A DNA stretch of 64,000 bases from Selaginella moellendorffii (taxonomy: Eukaryota > Plantae > Lycopodiophyta), in contig NW_003314268.1 of the NCBI RefSeq assembly GCF_000143415.4, forward strand, positions 1,220,768 to 1,284,767, read 5' to 3'. How positions within the stretch are numbered: the stretch's first letter is position 1; the number at the start of each line of letters is the position of its first letter. Shown here in pieces: positions 12,296-25,791 of this stretch. Position numbers and translations under genes: made by a program. The notes beneath the pieces are model-generated. The model did not search any database, was not told the DNA's origin, and worked only from the letters and a program-made list of their open reading frames with translations.

Positions 12296-15200
12296 ACACT
12301 TCCACGTGTCATGTGTTAGTCCCTTTTGGGTCCTTTTTTGGAGCCTTGCTTATTGCTCGCTTCGTGCTCGCTCCTTGAGCACTTTGTTGGGAGTTCCACT
12401 CCCGCTCTCGACCTTCCAAGTCAGAGGTTTTAGTCCAAATGTGTTACATTCGTTTGGGCTTTCGCTTCGGCCACTACCACGTGGCACCCTTTCCGGCTCC
12501 ACTTTGGGGCCTAGGGATTTTGTGTCTCACAACTCCACCACCCACCCATAGACGAAGTTCGATGTCCTCATCGAACGGTAAACCATTTTATAAAGTAACA
12601 CCCGCATGTGTTACCATTTCCATCCTTGGCACCTAGCCAATATTTGTCAATGGTTTGACATTGAAGGCTCACCATGCCTTCTCCATATTCGTCAATGGTT
12701 TGACACAAAAGGCTCACCATGCCTTGCCCATCCTCTAAGGAGGATAGTCTCTCCAACTTAGAGACTCACTTGACCACCTGGGGTGGGTTGCTCCTTTTTA
12801 TTGGTTCAGTCCTCGCTAAACCCATTAGAGACACCCTCTCTAACTCAATTCCAGTACTCATTCTTGAGTAGTCACAGATTCCATTGATCTACCTTTGCAC
12901 TTTGGAACGTTTACTTTTGACTTCTTGAAATCAAGTTCCTAGGTGTCTCCGACACCTTGCCTTGCACATTTTGTGCAACTCCACTTCCCCTCCTAGGAAG
13001 TTCTCTACTCGAGGGCACCCTCATCCTCTTTTCTATTTTTGTGCCACCATTGGCATTACGTTCCATTTATCATTATTTGTGCTAGGGCTATCCACGGCCC
13101 TATCTTTTGGCTCCTTAGTTGCTCCCTCACTTGGAGCCTTTCCTTTGCCAAATTGGAGCACTTGGGAATCCGTCCTTAGAAGTCCACTTCTTTTTCCGCA
13201 ATCCGTTAGCACCAAACACATTAGTGTTCTTTGGCTAACTTTGCCACTTGGATTCTTTCCAATGGATTCCACGGCCCTATCTTGGGCACTCGTCTTTTGC
13301 TCCTATCCTTGGATTGTTGCACCAAGCAACATAGGATCATTACCTCCCTCCTGGAGGTATTCTTTTGGTTCCATAGCAAAGGATCTGCTTTGCCCAGACT
13401 AGGGTGTTCACCCCTAGTAAGTCTCCCCAACTGTTCTAGGCTCTCTTCCTAGCCCAACCTTGTGACCCACCCATGGGCCTGTCTTTGGAAACTATTTTCT
13501 TGAACTCATAATACCATTGTATTGTAGTAGTTCATTTCCCTTAGGTGTCCTTCTCACTTAGTCACCTTGACCAAGCCACACCTTTATCAATAGTTCAAAT
13601 CAACACTTTGAACTAGGAATTATATTCCTTTACCCAAACAAAGACCTTGTCCTTGTTTAGCCATAAGATCACCTAGTGATCTCATCTTGACCCTTTAATA
13701 GGTCTACCAATAGGAATTAGGTCTTCCCGACCTTACTAAGTTGTTGACTATGACCCCGGGGGCATCCCCCACACTTGGCAGTGCGCCCAAGCTAGCCCTT
13801 CCGGCCAAGGATCCATAGCAACTGAGACTGGGTGTCCCCATCTCATTCACCATGTCCTTGGTGCCTTTTGCACCAAAGTGTTCAAGTTAGATATGCTGAG
13901 CTTTCACTCTAAGCAATCTAACCGTGCATCACGACTCCGAGGCATCCCTCGCTTGGCGGTGTGCCCAAACCAGTCTCCTCACTGAGAGTCCATGACCACC
14001 GAAATATGAGTGTCCTCATATTCCAAACCATCACCACGCCCTAGTGATTTGGGACTCGAACCCAAGCACTAGAGGGTCGGGACTCGAACCCAACCTCCAT
14101 ATATGCATCTACGAACGGCATCACCCAGGATGCCTGGCGTGACTCCCCATGCCGGTGCACCAACTTATACTCAAAACGCGCTATAGATCACTGCTTAGGA
14201 ACCTAGTTCCTCCACACTGCCAAGTCCTCTCACTTGACAAGTCTGTGATCATGCATGGACTCATCCATGCTTGGCCCCATGGACCACCCTTTTTGAAGTT
14301 ATCACCTTCAACTAGGGTATTTGTTCCCCTGACTTGCCAATCTCACTTTGGCAAGTCCTCCGACCACTGTAACATGGTTCCTGCACAAGCGTGAAAGCCC
14401 TTGATCATCGACTTTCGTTCAAAGCCCTCTCTTTGAACACTCACGAACTACTTCCCTAACCTTGATAGCCTTGCCTCATGGCAAGCTTCAAGACCACGCT
14501 TCTGCTGCGCCACTCTGGTTTCGAGCATTCTTTGAACCATTTACGTTTGGCCTTTCTAGGTACTAAGTTACCTAGAATCATCTTTGGGAACCTTGAAGGA
14601 ACTCTGTCCCTTAGCTTGCTAAGGCCTCCCTTTTGGCAAGCTTTCCAATTACCATATAGTCTAACATGGACAATTCCATATTTTAGACTCTCCATGGCAT
14701 CACGGTTGCTAGCAGCAACACCCTTAAGCCCCCATTTGATTCTCCACTCCTAGCTGGCATAACCAACCTTGGTTATGCCCTTCGATTCCTATGGTTTGGT
14801 TCTACCCCCATACTTCTTGCTTTTGGCTTCACACCTTTCCTTCGGTCATTCTCCTCCAGACCAGGAAGATAGCTTTGCACTTTCTATCATGCCTTAGCAA
14901 GTATTCTTAGGGATGAACCTACCTGATAGCATAGGGAGTGGTTCCTCAATCCAGGTATGCTCACCCTATAATCCCACACACCGAGATTACGTTGTTGCTT
15001 ATGGGCCTTTACATGCCCATCGCTAGCCTTGCCAAAATTCCATTTTTGGCTTTGTCCAATTCGAGTAGACAGTCTTCTCCTGTCTCTACCACCTTGGACA
15101 TTTGGATAGCACCTTCTATCCATCATTCGCTAGGGACTTAGTCCCTTGGGCCTTATCTATTGCCCTCGCGACATCAAACACCACCTCCTAGTGTTCTAGA

Positions 15201-17634
15201 GTGTTTAGGTGTCCCAATGACGGCTTCCTTGACAATGAGTATTTCCTTTCATGATATTGACTTACTATATCGCAACATAAGCAACTTATCCCCCGTAAGG
15301 GTATATCCAATTTCCTTATGCCATTAAGAAGGCTTGGGTAGCTACCTTCTGCCCATTTAACCAATTATTTTGCACCTCTTGCTTAGTTGCCTCATAGTTG
15401 TTAAGTCCTACAACTCATTACTGGTGCTTCCACACCTCCATCATTATCTGGGTCACCACACTCCAACTGCATGCTCTGCAGCTTAGGCTATGCCATTCCC
15501 ATTTCCATTGGGATTCCTTTGGCAAGGGGTTCTCATGAACCCACCAACATAGCCTCAAGGTATCACACCTTGGCACATTTGGTGTCTCCACACCATTGGC
15601 TCCACGAGCCTACCTTTATGACACTTCTTCTTTGTGTCTAAGTCTTTGCCAAGACCAATACCGCTCTTTCTCATGCCAACCATCCGTCAGCACTGCACCA
15701 TAGAGGTCACACACAACTTTGTTTCAAAGTTGTTTTCTTTTTGGGAACACCCTTCCCACGACTTTAGCATGGCACATTTTGCCATCGATGAGATACCCTC
15801 TGTTCTCATCCTTGGATCCTATGATCCCCCCCATCTTTCGTGGGGTACCACACACTTCAGTCCAAATGCTTCCATCAGTCCTTTAGGACCATTCCTTGAC
15901 TCTACTTGAGTCATCCAGCAGTTTTGGACTTGGTTAATCCATAGACCCGTAAGGTCCTACTTGTCGGGCACTAGCTCACTGGAATACACTTCTTGCATTC
16001 ATGTCCTCACTCACAAGGATTATTTTCACAAGTGTTACTCTGACACTTGATTTTATTCTCTGGGGCAACCTTTGCCCCTTAGGACTACTTGTCCATGTGA
16101 TGAGAGTACCAACTCATCTCTAAGTACACCCACCCAACTCCTTAGGTTGTTCCAGCATTTATTAAAGGTAGCCCTGGCTACCATTTCAAGGACTTGAGCC
16201 CTCTTCCGTATTTGACCTCTCACAGTCATTACTTCTGGTCTCACATTCATGAGCACGAACCTCAACTATATGAGGATAATCTTGTGACTCCTTTATTACT
16301 TTGGAGTCTTTATCTTTCCCGTGATCCCAACTATAGTTGTTTATCACAACTACGTTAGCCCGTTTGTTGCATCAAACACTCATTTGGATCACATCCTCAG
16401 CTCTCTAAGGAAACCTTATACTGTTCCCAAGATCCCAAAGTCGTTCCATTATTGGCCCTTTTCTATCCACCACATTGTGCCGAAGTTCACGCATGAACTT
16501 GAGTGGAGAGCCATGTCCTCTCGACATGCTACTCCTCAAGGATAAGCCCACTCCTAGGACCTTCCGATGCCAACATCAATGGTGATATACTTGAGCACCA
16601 ATAAAAGTCGGACTAAAGAACAGCTCCGATACCAAGTTGTAAGCAACTAAATTTTCCATTCTACTTTAGTCACTTAACCACACCTTCGACCACTTGGAGG
16701 AGTCTCATTCACAACCTCCATCAGTCCAATTCAGGACTTGGGACTTGCTAGCCCCAAGAATGGCATCCATGCCACTCAACACTTGCACCTGGTCCAAGTG
16801 CTCCAGGTGTCCGGTCCCAAGACCGACACCCAAAGGTACCACTGACATCTCGGCCCGTTAGGCTAAGGCCATGCCCATTCACCTTTGCTGCACTAGTGGT
16901 CCAATACCACTTGCATCACCATCCCGTCTCTTCAAGACTGGGCCATCTGTCCATGAGTGGTCATCCTAGATCCACTCTTTAGCATCCTTAGGATGCCCAC
17001 AGACCTGGGGAATCGCCTTCCCCAAAGTCCCTTTGTCAGTTCCTACCAAGTCCCTTTGTGCCCCTGGCCGTGTTTGCCAACACTGCCACTGGATCGAGGC
17101 CCACAGGCCCGACCACTAAGTCCCATGGTCCTCTGGGACTTCCTCACCACACGACTGTGTCCTTGGTCACTACCCCAGAGGACTGCTCCTCTTCCTTTCC
17201 ACAGTCTAGGCCTTTGGGACAACATTTCGGAACACCGTGGCCTTACGTGAGCCACCTGGGTACTCTCCCCGCCTTTCGCCTTTAGGTGCTCTAGCCATGG
17301 GCTTAGAGCGAGGTTCCGTTGAGCCACACCTGGTATCCAAGTAGGTAGTGCCACCCACACTTGGACTGGGAGCATCGGCCAGTCGATCTCCCGGGGGAAC
17401 TAGAGCCGGCTCTTGAACACTTCACCAAGCTACCTCGCTTGTCAGTCCGTATTCACTCTAGTCTTGGACTTCCCAGTGGTCAGTTCATCACCCAACACTA
17501 GGTCTGGCCTTCCTGGGCCAAACTGGCCTTTCCTGGCCAAACTGGCTCCACTGCAGTCCTCCCCCTACTATACTTTTGGAGCTCACCAAACCCCCCAGGG
17601 TCTGGGAGATGAACGCTTTGGGCTTTCACCCTCT

Positions 17635-18312
17635 CAGACTCGAACTCGGACTCGGACTCGGACTCGGACTCGGACTCGGACTCGGGCTCGGGCTTGGTCT
17701 CAGCCTTGGCCTCGGTCTCGGTCTCGGTCCCGGTCTCGGTCCCGGTCTTGGTCTCGGTCTCGATCTCGGTCCCGGTCTCGGTCTCGACCTCAGACTCCAT
17801 GTCGGGTCCTTCTCGGACTCCATCTCGGACTCCATCTCGGGCTCCGTCTCGGTCCATCTCGGACTCCATCTCGGGTCCATCTCAGACTCCGTCTCGGTCC
17901 ACCTCGGACTCCATCTCGGACTCCATCTCGGGTCCATCTCGGACTCCATCTTGGACTCCATCTCGGACTCCATCTCGGGTCCATCTCGGACTCCGTCTCG
18001 GTCCACCTCGGACTCCATCTCGGACTCCATCTCGGGTCCATCTCGGACTCCATCTCGGGTCCATCTTGGACTCCGTCTCGGTCCACCTCAGACTCCACTT
18101 CGGGTCCATCTCGGACTCCATCTCGGACTCCACTTCAGACTCCATCTCGGGTCCATCTCGGACTCCGTCTCGGTCCACCTCGGACTCCACTTCGGGTCCA
18201 TCTCGGACTCCATATCGGACTCCATCTCGGACTCCACTTCAGACTCCATATCGGACTCCACTTCGGGTCCATCTCGGACTCCAACTAGGGTCCGTCTCGG
18301 ACTCCATCTCAG
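17635..18312. repeat. Hexamer-based satellite array inside the LARD 5' LTR
   Basis: Same units as the array at 11046-12295. Confidence 0.95.
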
Positions 18313-19036
18313 ACACTTCCATGTGTCATGTGTTGGTCCCTTTTGGGTCCTTTTTTGGAGCCTTGCTTATTGCTCGCTTCGTGCTCGCTCCTTGAGCACT
18401 TTGTTGGGAGTTCCACTCCCACTCTCGACCTTCCAAGTCAGAGGTTTTAGTCCAAACGTGTTACACTCGTTTGGGCTTTTGCTTCAGCCACTACCACGTG
18501 GCACCCTTTCCAGCTCCACTTTGGGGCCTAGGGATTTTGTGTCTCACAAGCAAGAAGTGAGAACATAGTGCTTTAGATAAGGTAGTATGGTATGCAATTT
18601 GGTCAATTGTCCATATGGTTTGCAACATTAGCAACTTGCTTGAATGCATGGGATGAATGGGTCTATGGGCCATGACTGGCTCCATTCCACACATAACACG
18701 GGTCATTGCTATGGGTATGATACCCCATCCGGGGCATAAGGATTGGATATTCATAAAATATTCTATGCCTGTGTTTTTTTCACTCATATTACACGAAAAC
18801 CAATAGCAGCCAGACACGTGGTGTGAGTGAAATATGCCATTGTAATTTCCACCCTTTTATGAATTGCACACCATATTTTCAATGTACAATAGCCGAGAAG
18901 CAATTTAAATTTTTGACAACGTGGTAGTATGGCAATGTGAATAATACACATGGCAGTTTTAAGAACATGATTTCAAGTAGTATGTTTAATAGGTCAATCT
19001 TTATAGCACTAGAAACTTTTTCATTAACTTTCATTC

Positions 19037-22000
19037 CAACATTGTACAGCAATTATATGAGAATAGGAAAGAAATTTAAAATCATGTCAATGACGGGAAG
19101 ATCGTCCAAGAACTCGGCGTTGAGATCCTAGACCTTCTTCAAGGCATGTTCATGGCTCATCTAATCCAGCAGCAATGCAGCAAATCCCTTAAGGAATTTC
19201 CAACCTTTATCCCTGTCCTAAGTTTTTGAGCCTTTTGCTTGGCAAGTGCGACAAAACATTCTGGAAATCGAGCAAATTCTGCAACCAAAGCTCTAGCCAC
19301 AAGGAACCTTGAAAAGAAAACACGCACAGCCTCGTTGTTAGGAAGTGTTCTCATTGCTTCCTTGGACAGTTGACAATTTAGGCTTGGTGAGCACAGTATG
19401 GCAAGGATTCCTCATAAAAGGAGGGAGAATATGGTACAGAAGGTAGGTTATATTTTTGGGTTCTATTTTCTCCTCTCTCCTCTTCCGATTTCTCTCTTTT
19501 CCTCCTGTATTTCTCTTCCATGGAATATATTAGTGATTCCTGCCAGGAGATCTGGGCAGATCTCAACAGTGGTATCGGAGCAACACTACCGATCGTATTG
19601 GGTGTACCAGGCAAGGGTTTGGCATCATGGCGAAGGATAGGGCTAATGGAGGCAATCCTAAAAGCATATGTCATTTTCAGCTAGTTAATCAGACATATTG
19701 GCAGTGTGACCAACTTAGAGTCAGTTATCCCTTTGTTATCTCTCGTATGGGTGCTAGGGTTTCTTTGCGAATGGCTTCTCTAGCATCTTTGGCAAAATTT
19801 GTAAACATGAGGCCAAGAAAGAAGCAAATTGAGGCCACCACACTAATGGACGAGGAGCTAGAATGAGTTTCCAATCCAGATCAGGTGCATGACCAAGAAG
19901 GGGAAAGGGAAGAGCAAGGATTGATAATCCAGCAATTGGAATCAACCATGCAAGCACTGATTGAGCAGAATCTTCTTCACCAGCAGCAAGTCACAGCTAT
20001 AATCCAGGACATGCAAGTTTCGGTCCAGTTGTTGCCTCTTTCTAGAGCATCATGTGAGGCCATGGTATGAGGAATTACGATGAAGATGGAAGTTCTCTCT
20101 CCCCATCACGACAGTATCTCTGGCAGTTCCCCAATAGCCTCTTGTGCGAAGAAGTAACCTAGAGTTCCTTGAGCCGAGATTCCAAGGTCTGCTGCTTCTC
20201 CACTAAAAGACGCATTTCTGCTATGCTCTCATATTGTTGATCTGCTAAGATCCAAGGGTGGTGAGTCCAATCCTACAACTATCCTTCTCATCCAGGAGTC
20301 ACGGATTGTTGGGGAGAACACCATTCTCTTCATCAGCAGCGAAATGGGATAAGGACAAATCTCAATTGCCAACTTATGGAGGCAAGAACGATTGACAGAA
20401 GCTTTTGGAGTGGATTTATTGCCATGAGAGAAACTTTGTGATGCGTGAACCTCGGGAGGTGGAGAAGGTACCCTTGGTGGCCAATTATCTCACAGATTTG
20501 GCTTCTGAGTGGTATAGCAGCCTAGAGCGGGCCAGAGTGTTTCCGGATTGGGAAACATTCAAGACCATGCTTACTGAGGAATTTCTGCTCTCCTCAGTCT
20601 AGGACCTTCCATTCAACAAACTTTATGATCTACGGTACCACCCACGAACACAGACTTTACAGGCTTTTAACCGAGAATGGCTACAAGTTTGGCGTGGATG
20701 ATATTCCTGAATCAGCCCTGGTTCAATGCTATGTAGCTGCTTTACCCACATCAATGGGAGCTGATGTAGATCAAATGTCCCCTACGTCCATCTGTCAAGC
20801 CATGCAACTGGCTTTGAACGCAGATCTCAAATACAAGGAGTGGGAGTCAACAAGTAAACCACGTTTTGATTGGCCTCGTTTGCAACCTCGGAGCATGGCA
20901 GAAATCAGCAAGTCATTAAGCAATGGATTATCATCAACTGCAGGGAAACAAGTGCCATTTTCATCCATGTTGCTTCCCCTACAAGAGCGGCTCAAACAAT
21001 TGGAAGACACGAAGTTGGGCAAGTGTTTTGATTGCGGAGCAAAAATGGGAACGGGGACATAGACAGGTTTGTAAGGCTCGAACAGGTCAGCAACCAAGGG
21101 GCAGGTTGACAAGTATTTAGTTCCAACAAAACGGCGATGGAGATCTCATTCCTGTGGCTTTTGAGGACTTGGACTTAGAACAAGAGATTTTTGTTTGGGA
21201 GGGTGAAGTGTCATCTCAAGTTCCAGGAGAAGAAGCCACGTTAGGAGCCACCATTTCACTGCCATCCTCTTTGGGGAAGACAGGACCACAGTGCATTCGG
21301 GTAACAGGAACAGTTTTAGGTCGTCAAGCATTTGTGTTGGTAGAATTGGGAGCTTCACATTCCTTTGTGAACGCTTGTTCACTGACCAAACTTCGCTTGA
21401 CAACCAAACCAGCTCCAATTCCATTGGATGTGGAGATTGCCAATAGGGGAGTTATCCGAGTGAATCAGATGGTATCTTGTCACTTGGTGGTGAACAACTT
21501 CATGCTGGTGGAGCACTTTTATGTCATGGACATGGGGCCCATTGACTTCGTTTTGGGAGTTCAGACTCTTGAACGTTTTGGTGACATCACCATAAACTTT
21601 GCTACTCAACGATTAGCCTTCACCTTTGAGGGACAACACGTTGAATGGCTAGGGGTGCCACCAAAGCAAACAGATTCAGCACAGAACTGCATCCCAGTGC
21701 TGGAAACTTTTATGAGGTGGTAATGAGTGCTTGATCTATCATAGACACGAAGGGTTGCTGGAGACAGTAGAGAGCTTTTTGGAAGGAGCCCGACTTTCCT
21801 TTCTTTTGTACCTTCAAGAAGAAAAGATAGCTGAGTTGCATCTTTCGGACCTGGGTGTGAAGAAAGCAGAACAACACTGCGAAGAAAGCAGTAGGGGTCC
21901 AGGTGGGCAGCTAGAGACGGGTGTGAAGAAAGTAGGACAACACTGTGAAGAAAGCAGTGGGTTTCATGCTCAAGCTTTAAGTCCAGGTGTGAAGAAAGTA

Positions 22001-24292
22001 GGACAACACTGTGAAGAAAGCAGTGGGTTTCATGCTCAAGCTTTAAGTCCAAGTGTGAAGAAAGCAGCAGGGACTTGAATAAGCTCAAGACTGCACTTGA
22101 AGAAAGTAGCAAAGAAAGTGGTAGTGCAATGAATTTGGTTGCTAGTGACAGGCAACTCGATTCCAGTCTTTGTGGGAAGGGGGAAGAGTTCTCATCAGTT
22201 GAGGTGGAGGAGGCAATGACAGACATAAATTTTTCCTCCATGCATGCAAATATCAAGGTAGTGGCGATCCAGCATGCCCGTGTTTTCACTTGAAAGATTA
22301 GTAATCGTTTTAGTGAAGTCACCAGGATCACACATCGGATTGAGTTAGAACCACACTCCATCACAGTTAACTTTCCGATAATTCATCTAAGTAGGGAGGA
22401 ATGAGCCATCGTTGATACCATGGTGGAGGAATTACAACAGGAAGGGTTGGTGGAGGAAAGCAATAGTCTGTTTGTATCTCCCATGCTTCTCGTTCTTAAG
22501 AAGGATGGTTCATGGAGATTAGTGGTGGATTACAGGGCCCTTAATAGGATAACTGTCAAAAATAAGTTCTCTATTCCCAGGGTAGATGAGCTTCTGGATG
22601 AGCTTGGCAGCACCAAGTTCTTTTCCAAGATTGACCTTCGTTCTGGTTACTATCATATTGCCATGCAGGATGAGGACAAGGCCAAGACAGCATTCAGGAC
22701 TCACCAAGGATTGTTTCAATTCAGAGTAATGCCTTTTGGCCCGCCTGCTACGTTTCAAAGTCTCATGAACAAGCTCTTGGCTAAGTATTTCTTCCAGTTC
22801 ATTGTAGCTGTTTTTAATGACATACTAATCTATAGTTAGGACTGGACAGAACACTTGCACCACTTGGAAGTGATTTTATCCATTTTGGAGAACAATGCTT
22901 TGGTTGCAAAGTTATCCAAGTGTTCTTTTGGACTAAAGACCATTCAGTACCTTAGATTTTGTGTAGGACATTGGCAAGGTATGGGTTGATCCATCACAAT
23001 TATAAGTTGTTGCAAATTGGCCACTTCCCAAATCTTTGAAGCAACTATGAGCTTTTTATGGCTTTGTAAACTATTTACATTGCTTGCCTCTATTGCGGCT
23101 CTGCTCAGCAATATTTTGCGCTCTTCTACTTTTCAATGGTCAGATGTAGCCCAAGAATCATTTGAGTTGCTGAAGCAACAACTTCTGGGTGCACTGTTAC
23201 TTTTGCTTCCAGATTTCTCGCAACTTTTCATTGTTGATACTGATGCATCAGATGCATGAATTGGAGCAGTTCTCTGCCAAGGAGAGGAATTGGTGGCCTT
23301 TGATAGTTGTCGCTTCTCTGTTCAGAAGTTCAGGTTACTAGTGTATGAACAGGAAATGCTAGCAGTTATTCATGCAATTGGTCGCTACCACCATTATCTG
23401 TTGCCTCGACAGTTTATGCTCCAAACAAACCATCACAGCCTCAAATTTATTTTGGAGCAACAACATTTGTCCAAGAAATAGCAGTGCTGGGTGGAGCAAC
23501 TGCAAGCATTGGATTTCACTACAGGGAAAAGCACATCCTTCCTGATGTGTTAGGGTTTAGGTTCATGATGATTTGAACGTACTGAAGCATCAACATTGTC
23601 TAGTATTTCCAGACAGGAAGCAGTGTATGTTGATAAGATTCGCGAAGGCTACTCACTGGATCCGACGCTTTCGGGTATCTGGCAACAGTTTTGTGATAAT
23701 CCTGACCATACGCATGACAAGTTCTCAATTCAAGCCACAACTTATGCAAGGAGATCTGTCATGCAAGCATTTTGGCAAGACATCCATATTAAGTGTGTGT
23801 GTATATATATATCATAAATATATAAATATCATTGTTAATGTTAAAATAAAGACAAAGGGCTTGCTATCCTAGAGATTTTTGGTGCAACAAACGCAGACAA
23901 ATTGCTCTGAAACCCCAGCAATCTGGAAACTAGAAACATTAAACCAGCCAATTGCCATATAGTAGAATCACTCTAAAGTATGGTTTTTGTCAGGCGTGGC
24001 TCAAATAGCACTCTTGGAAAGCTTAAATCCAAATGCCAATTATACATACTGTACAGCGTCCACTTAAGGCTCAACTAAAACAATCTAACCTTCTTGAGCT
24101 TTAAAGCAAAATTCATCAACACAATTCTTTGATGACTTCGCTCATTCTCTCTCTTCTAACCAACGCAGCCCTTGAGCTTCATCTTGAGAAGCTCGGGAAG
24201 CTCCCTCTCAAACTCTCCAACAAACTGGTCCACGACATCACGACAGAACCCGCTCACAATCATTGCTGCTGCTACGTCCTCGCTGATGCCTC
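19037..24292. repeat. Right arm of large inverted duplication (overlaps the sufB 3' end)
   Basis: Reverse complement of 247-4330, apart from indels, the MITE and a local rearrangement. Confidence 0.93.
19371..23790 (+). mobile_element. Degenerate Ty3/gypsy element (right-arm copy), 3' truncated
   Basis: LTR ~19371-19568 (TG..CA), PBS TGGTATCGGAGC at 19570-19581. Gag (EWIYCHERNF...LASEWYSSL, GKCFDCG), protease LVELGASHSFV, RT SWRLVVDYRALN...FNDILIYS, RNase H VDTDASD. Confidence 0.9.
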
Positions 24293-25791
24293 GCTGCCTG
24301 AAGTAGAACAGCTGCTCGTCGCTCACCTTGGACGTGCTCGCCTCGTGCTCGATCCGGGAGCTCGGATTCCGTCCCTGATGATCCAAAAGTTCCATACAAA
24401 CTCGTGAAACCTGTAAACGTGCAATGGGGCTCATATACCTGGATGACTGGAAAGGTGCTCGCAGTAGACTTGTTTCCAATGAGCAGCGAGTCGCACTGCG
24501 AGAAGTTCCTGGCTCCAGCTGCCGAGGGCTGGATCTGCACGAGCCCCCGGTAGCAATTCGTGGAGTTTCCAGCCGAGACTCCCTTGCTCACGATGAAGCT
24601 CTTGGTGTTCTTCCCAAGATGGATCATCTTGCTGCCCGTGTCGGCCTGCTGCTGGTTTTGTGTCAATGCCACCGAGTGAAACTTCCCCACGGAGCCATCG
24701 CCTCGCAGCACAACGCTAGGATACTTCCAAGTGATCGCGGAGCCAGTCTCAACTTGCGACCACGATATCTCCGACTTCTCTCCGTCACAAAGTCCCCTCT
24801 TGGTCACGAAGTTGTAAATCCCACCGCGTCCCTGGAGCAACACCTCACGATCAAACCAAGGAGGTAACGTCAAACCCGAAGGAGAGAACCTGCTGATCAC
24901 CGGAGTACCAGTTTTGCACCGTGTAGTAGTCGATCTTTGCGTTCCTCGCGCAGTAGAGCTCCACGACCGCGGCATGGAGCTGGTTTGTGTCGTGAGCCGT
25001 GGCCGTGCAGCCCTCGAGGTACGTCAGGTGACCACCCTCCTCGACCACGATCAAAGTTCGCTCGAATTGCCCAGTCTCTGGCGCGTTGATCCGGAACTGC
25101 GTGGAAAGAGGGATGCTCACTCCTCCCCCGGCCTTCACGTAGCAAAATGATCCATCGCTAAACACCGCCGAGTTGAGAGCCGCGTAGAAGTTGTCCGAGG
25201 CCGGAACCACGCGGCCGAGGTTGTCCCGGACGACCTCCGGGAACTCGCGCACGGCCTGGGAGAGCGAGCGGAAGAAGACACCGCCGTCCTCGAGCTCCCG
25301 GTGGTGGGTCAACGCCACGGACGTGCTGTCAAAGACGGCGTCAACGGCCATTGACCTGGGCTTAGACCCAGGCGTTGACTCGGGTGGCGGCCCCAGGTCA
25401 ACGCCCAGGCGCTGGTATGCGTCGACGATGGCGGCGTGCTCCGAGGGCTTGGGCTCCGAGTAGTAGCTCATGTCCTGGAAGTCAACGGGCGGGTGGCGAA
25501 GCTCGGACCACGAGGGCGGTGCCATCTTTTGCCACTTGTGGAAGGCGTCCATCCGGAAGTCGAGCATCCATGGCGGCTCCTGGCGCTTGCTGGAGATGAG
25601 GCGGATCGTCTCCTCGGACAGCCCCTTGGGGATTGATACGGACTCCACCTTGGAAGAGAAGCCCCATTTCCTGCAAGCACACCAGCAAGTTCTTTTCCTT
25701 CCAACAGAGATTTGATTTGAGTGTGCTCTTACCCGTAGTCACAGTTTAGAAAGCGATCAATGGTGGTAGCGTCTGTTCCCACCGTCGCCAT
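24156..25791 (-). CDS. sufB: Fe-S cluster assembly scaffold protein SufB (4 exons: 25791-25733, 25670-24890, 24831-24439, 24374-24156)
   Basis: Motifs [106 protein letters not shown] and [14 protein letters not shown] introns of 62, 58 and 64 nt join in frame. Confidence 0.93.

Larger units (their letters stand above)
10484..18548 (-). mobile_element. Non-autonomous LTR element (LARD-like) with ~1.9-kb repeat-rich LTRs and a ~4.1-kb non-coding interior
   Basis: 5' LTR 18548-16638 (TGTGAG...TTACA on the minus strand), PBS TGGTATCGGAGC at 16634-16623, PPT at ~12548-12534, 3' LTR from 12531 down to a truncation at ~10484. The two LTRs are nearly identical. No gag or pol motifs were recognised inside. 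Confidence 0.88.

Noticed and set aside
10824-12551. 575-aa and other long RS/RT/SD-repeat ORFs (also 17413-18568 and 4707-5197)
   Set aside because: They arise from stop-free hexamer arrays inside LTRs that are open in several frames on both strands. There is no evidence of a real SR-like protein.
247-24292. Inverted arms as TIRs of one giant DNA transposon
   Set aside because: One end lies within an intact sufB exon, no TSD is evident, and the arms consist of host and dead retroelement sequence.
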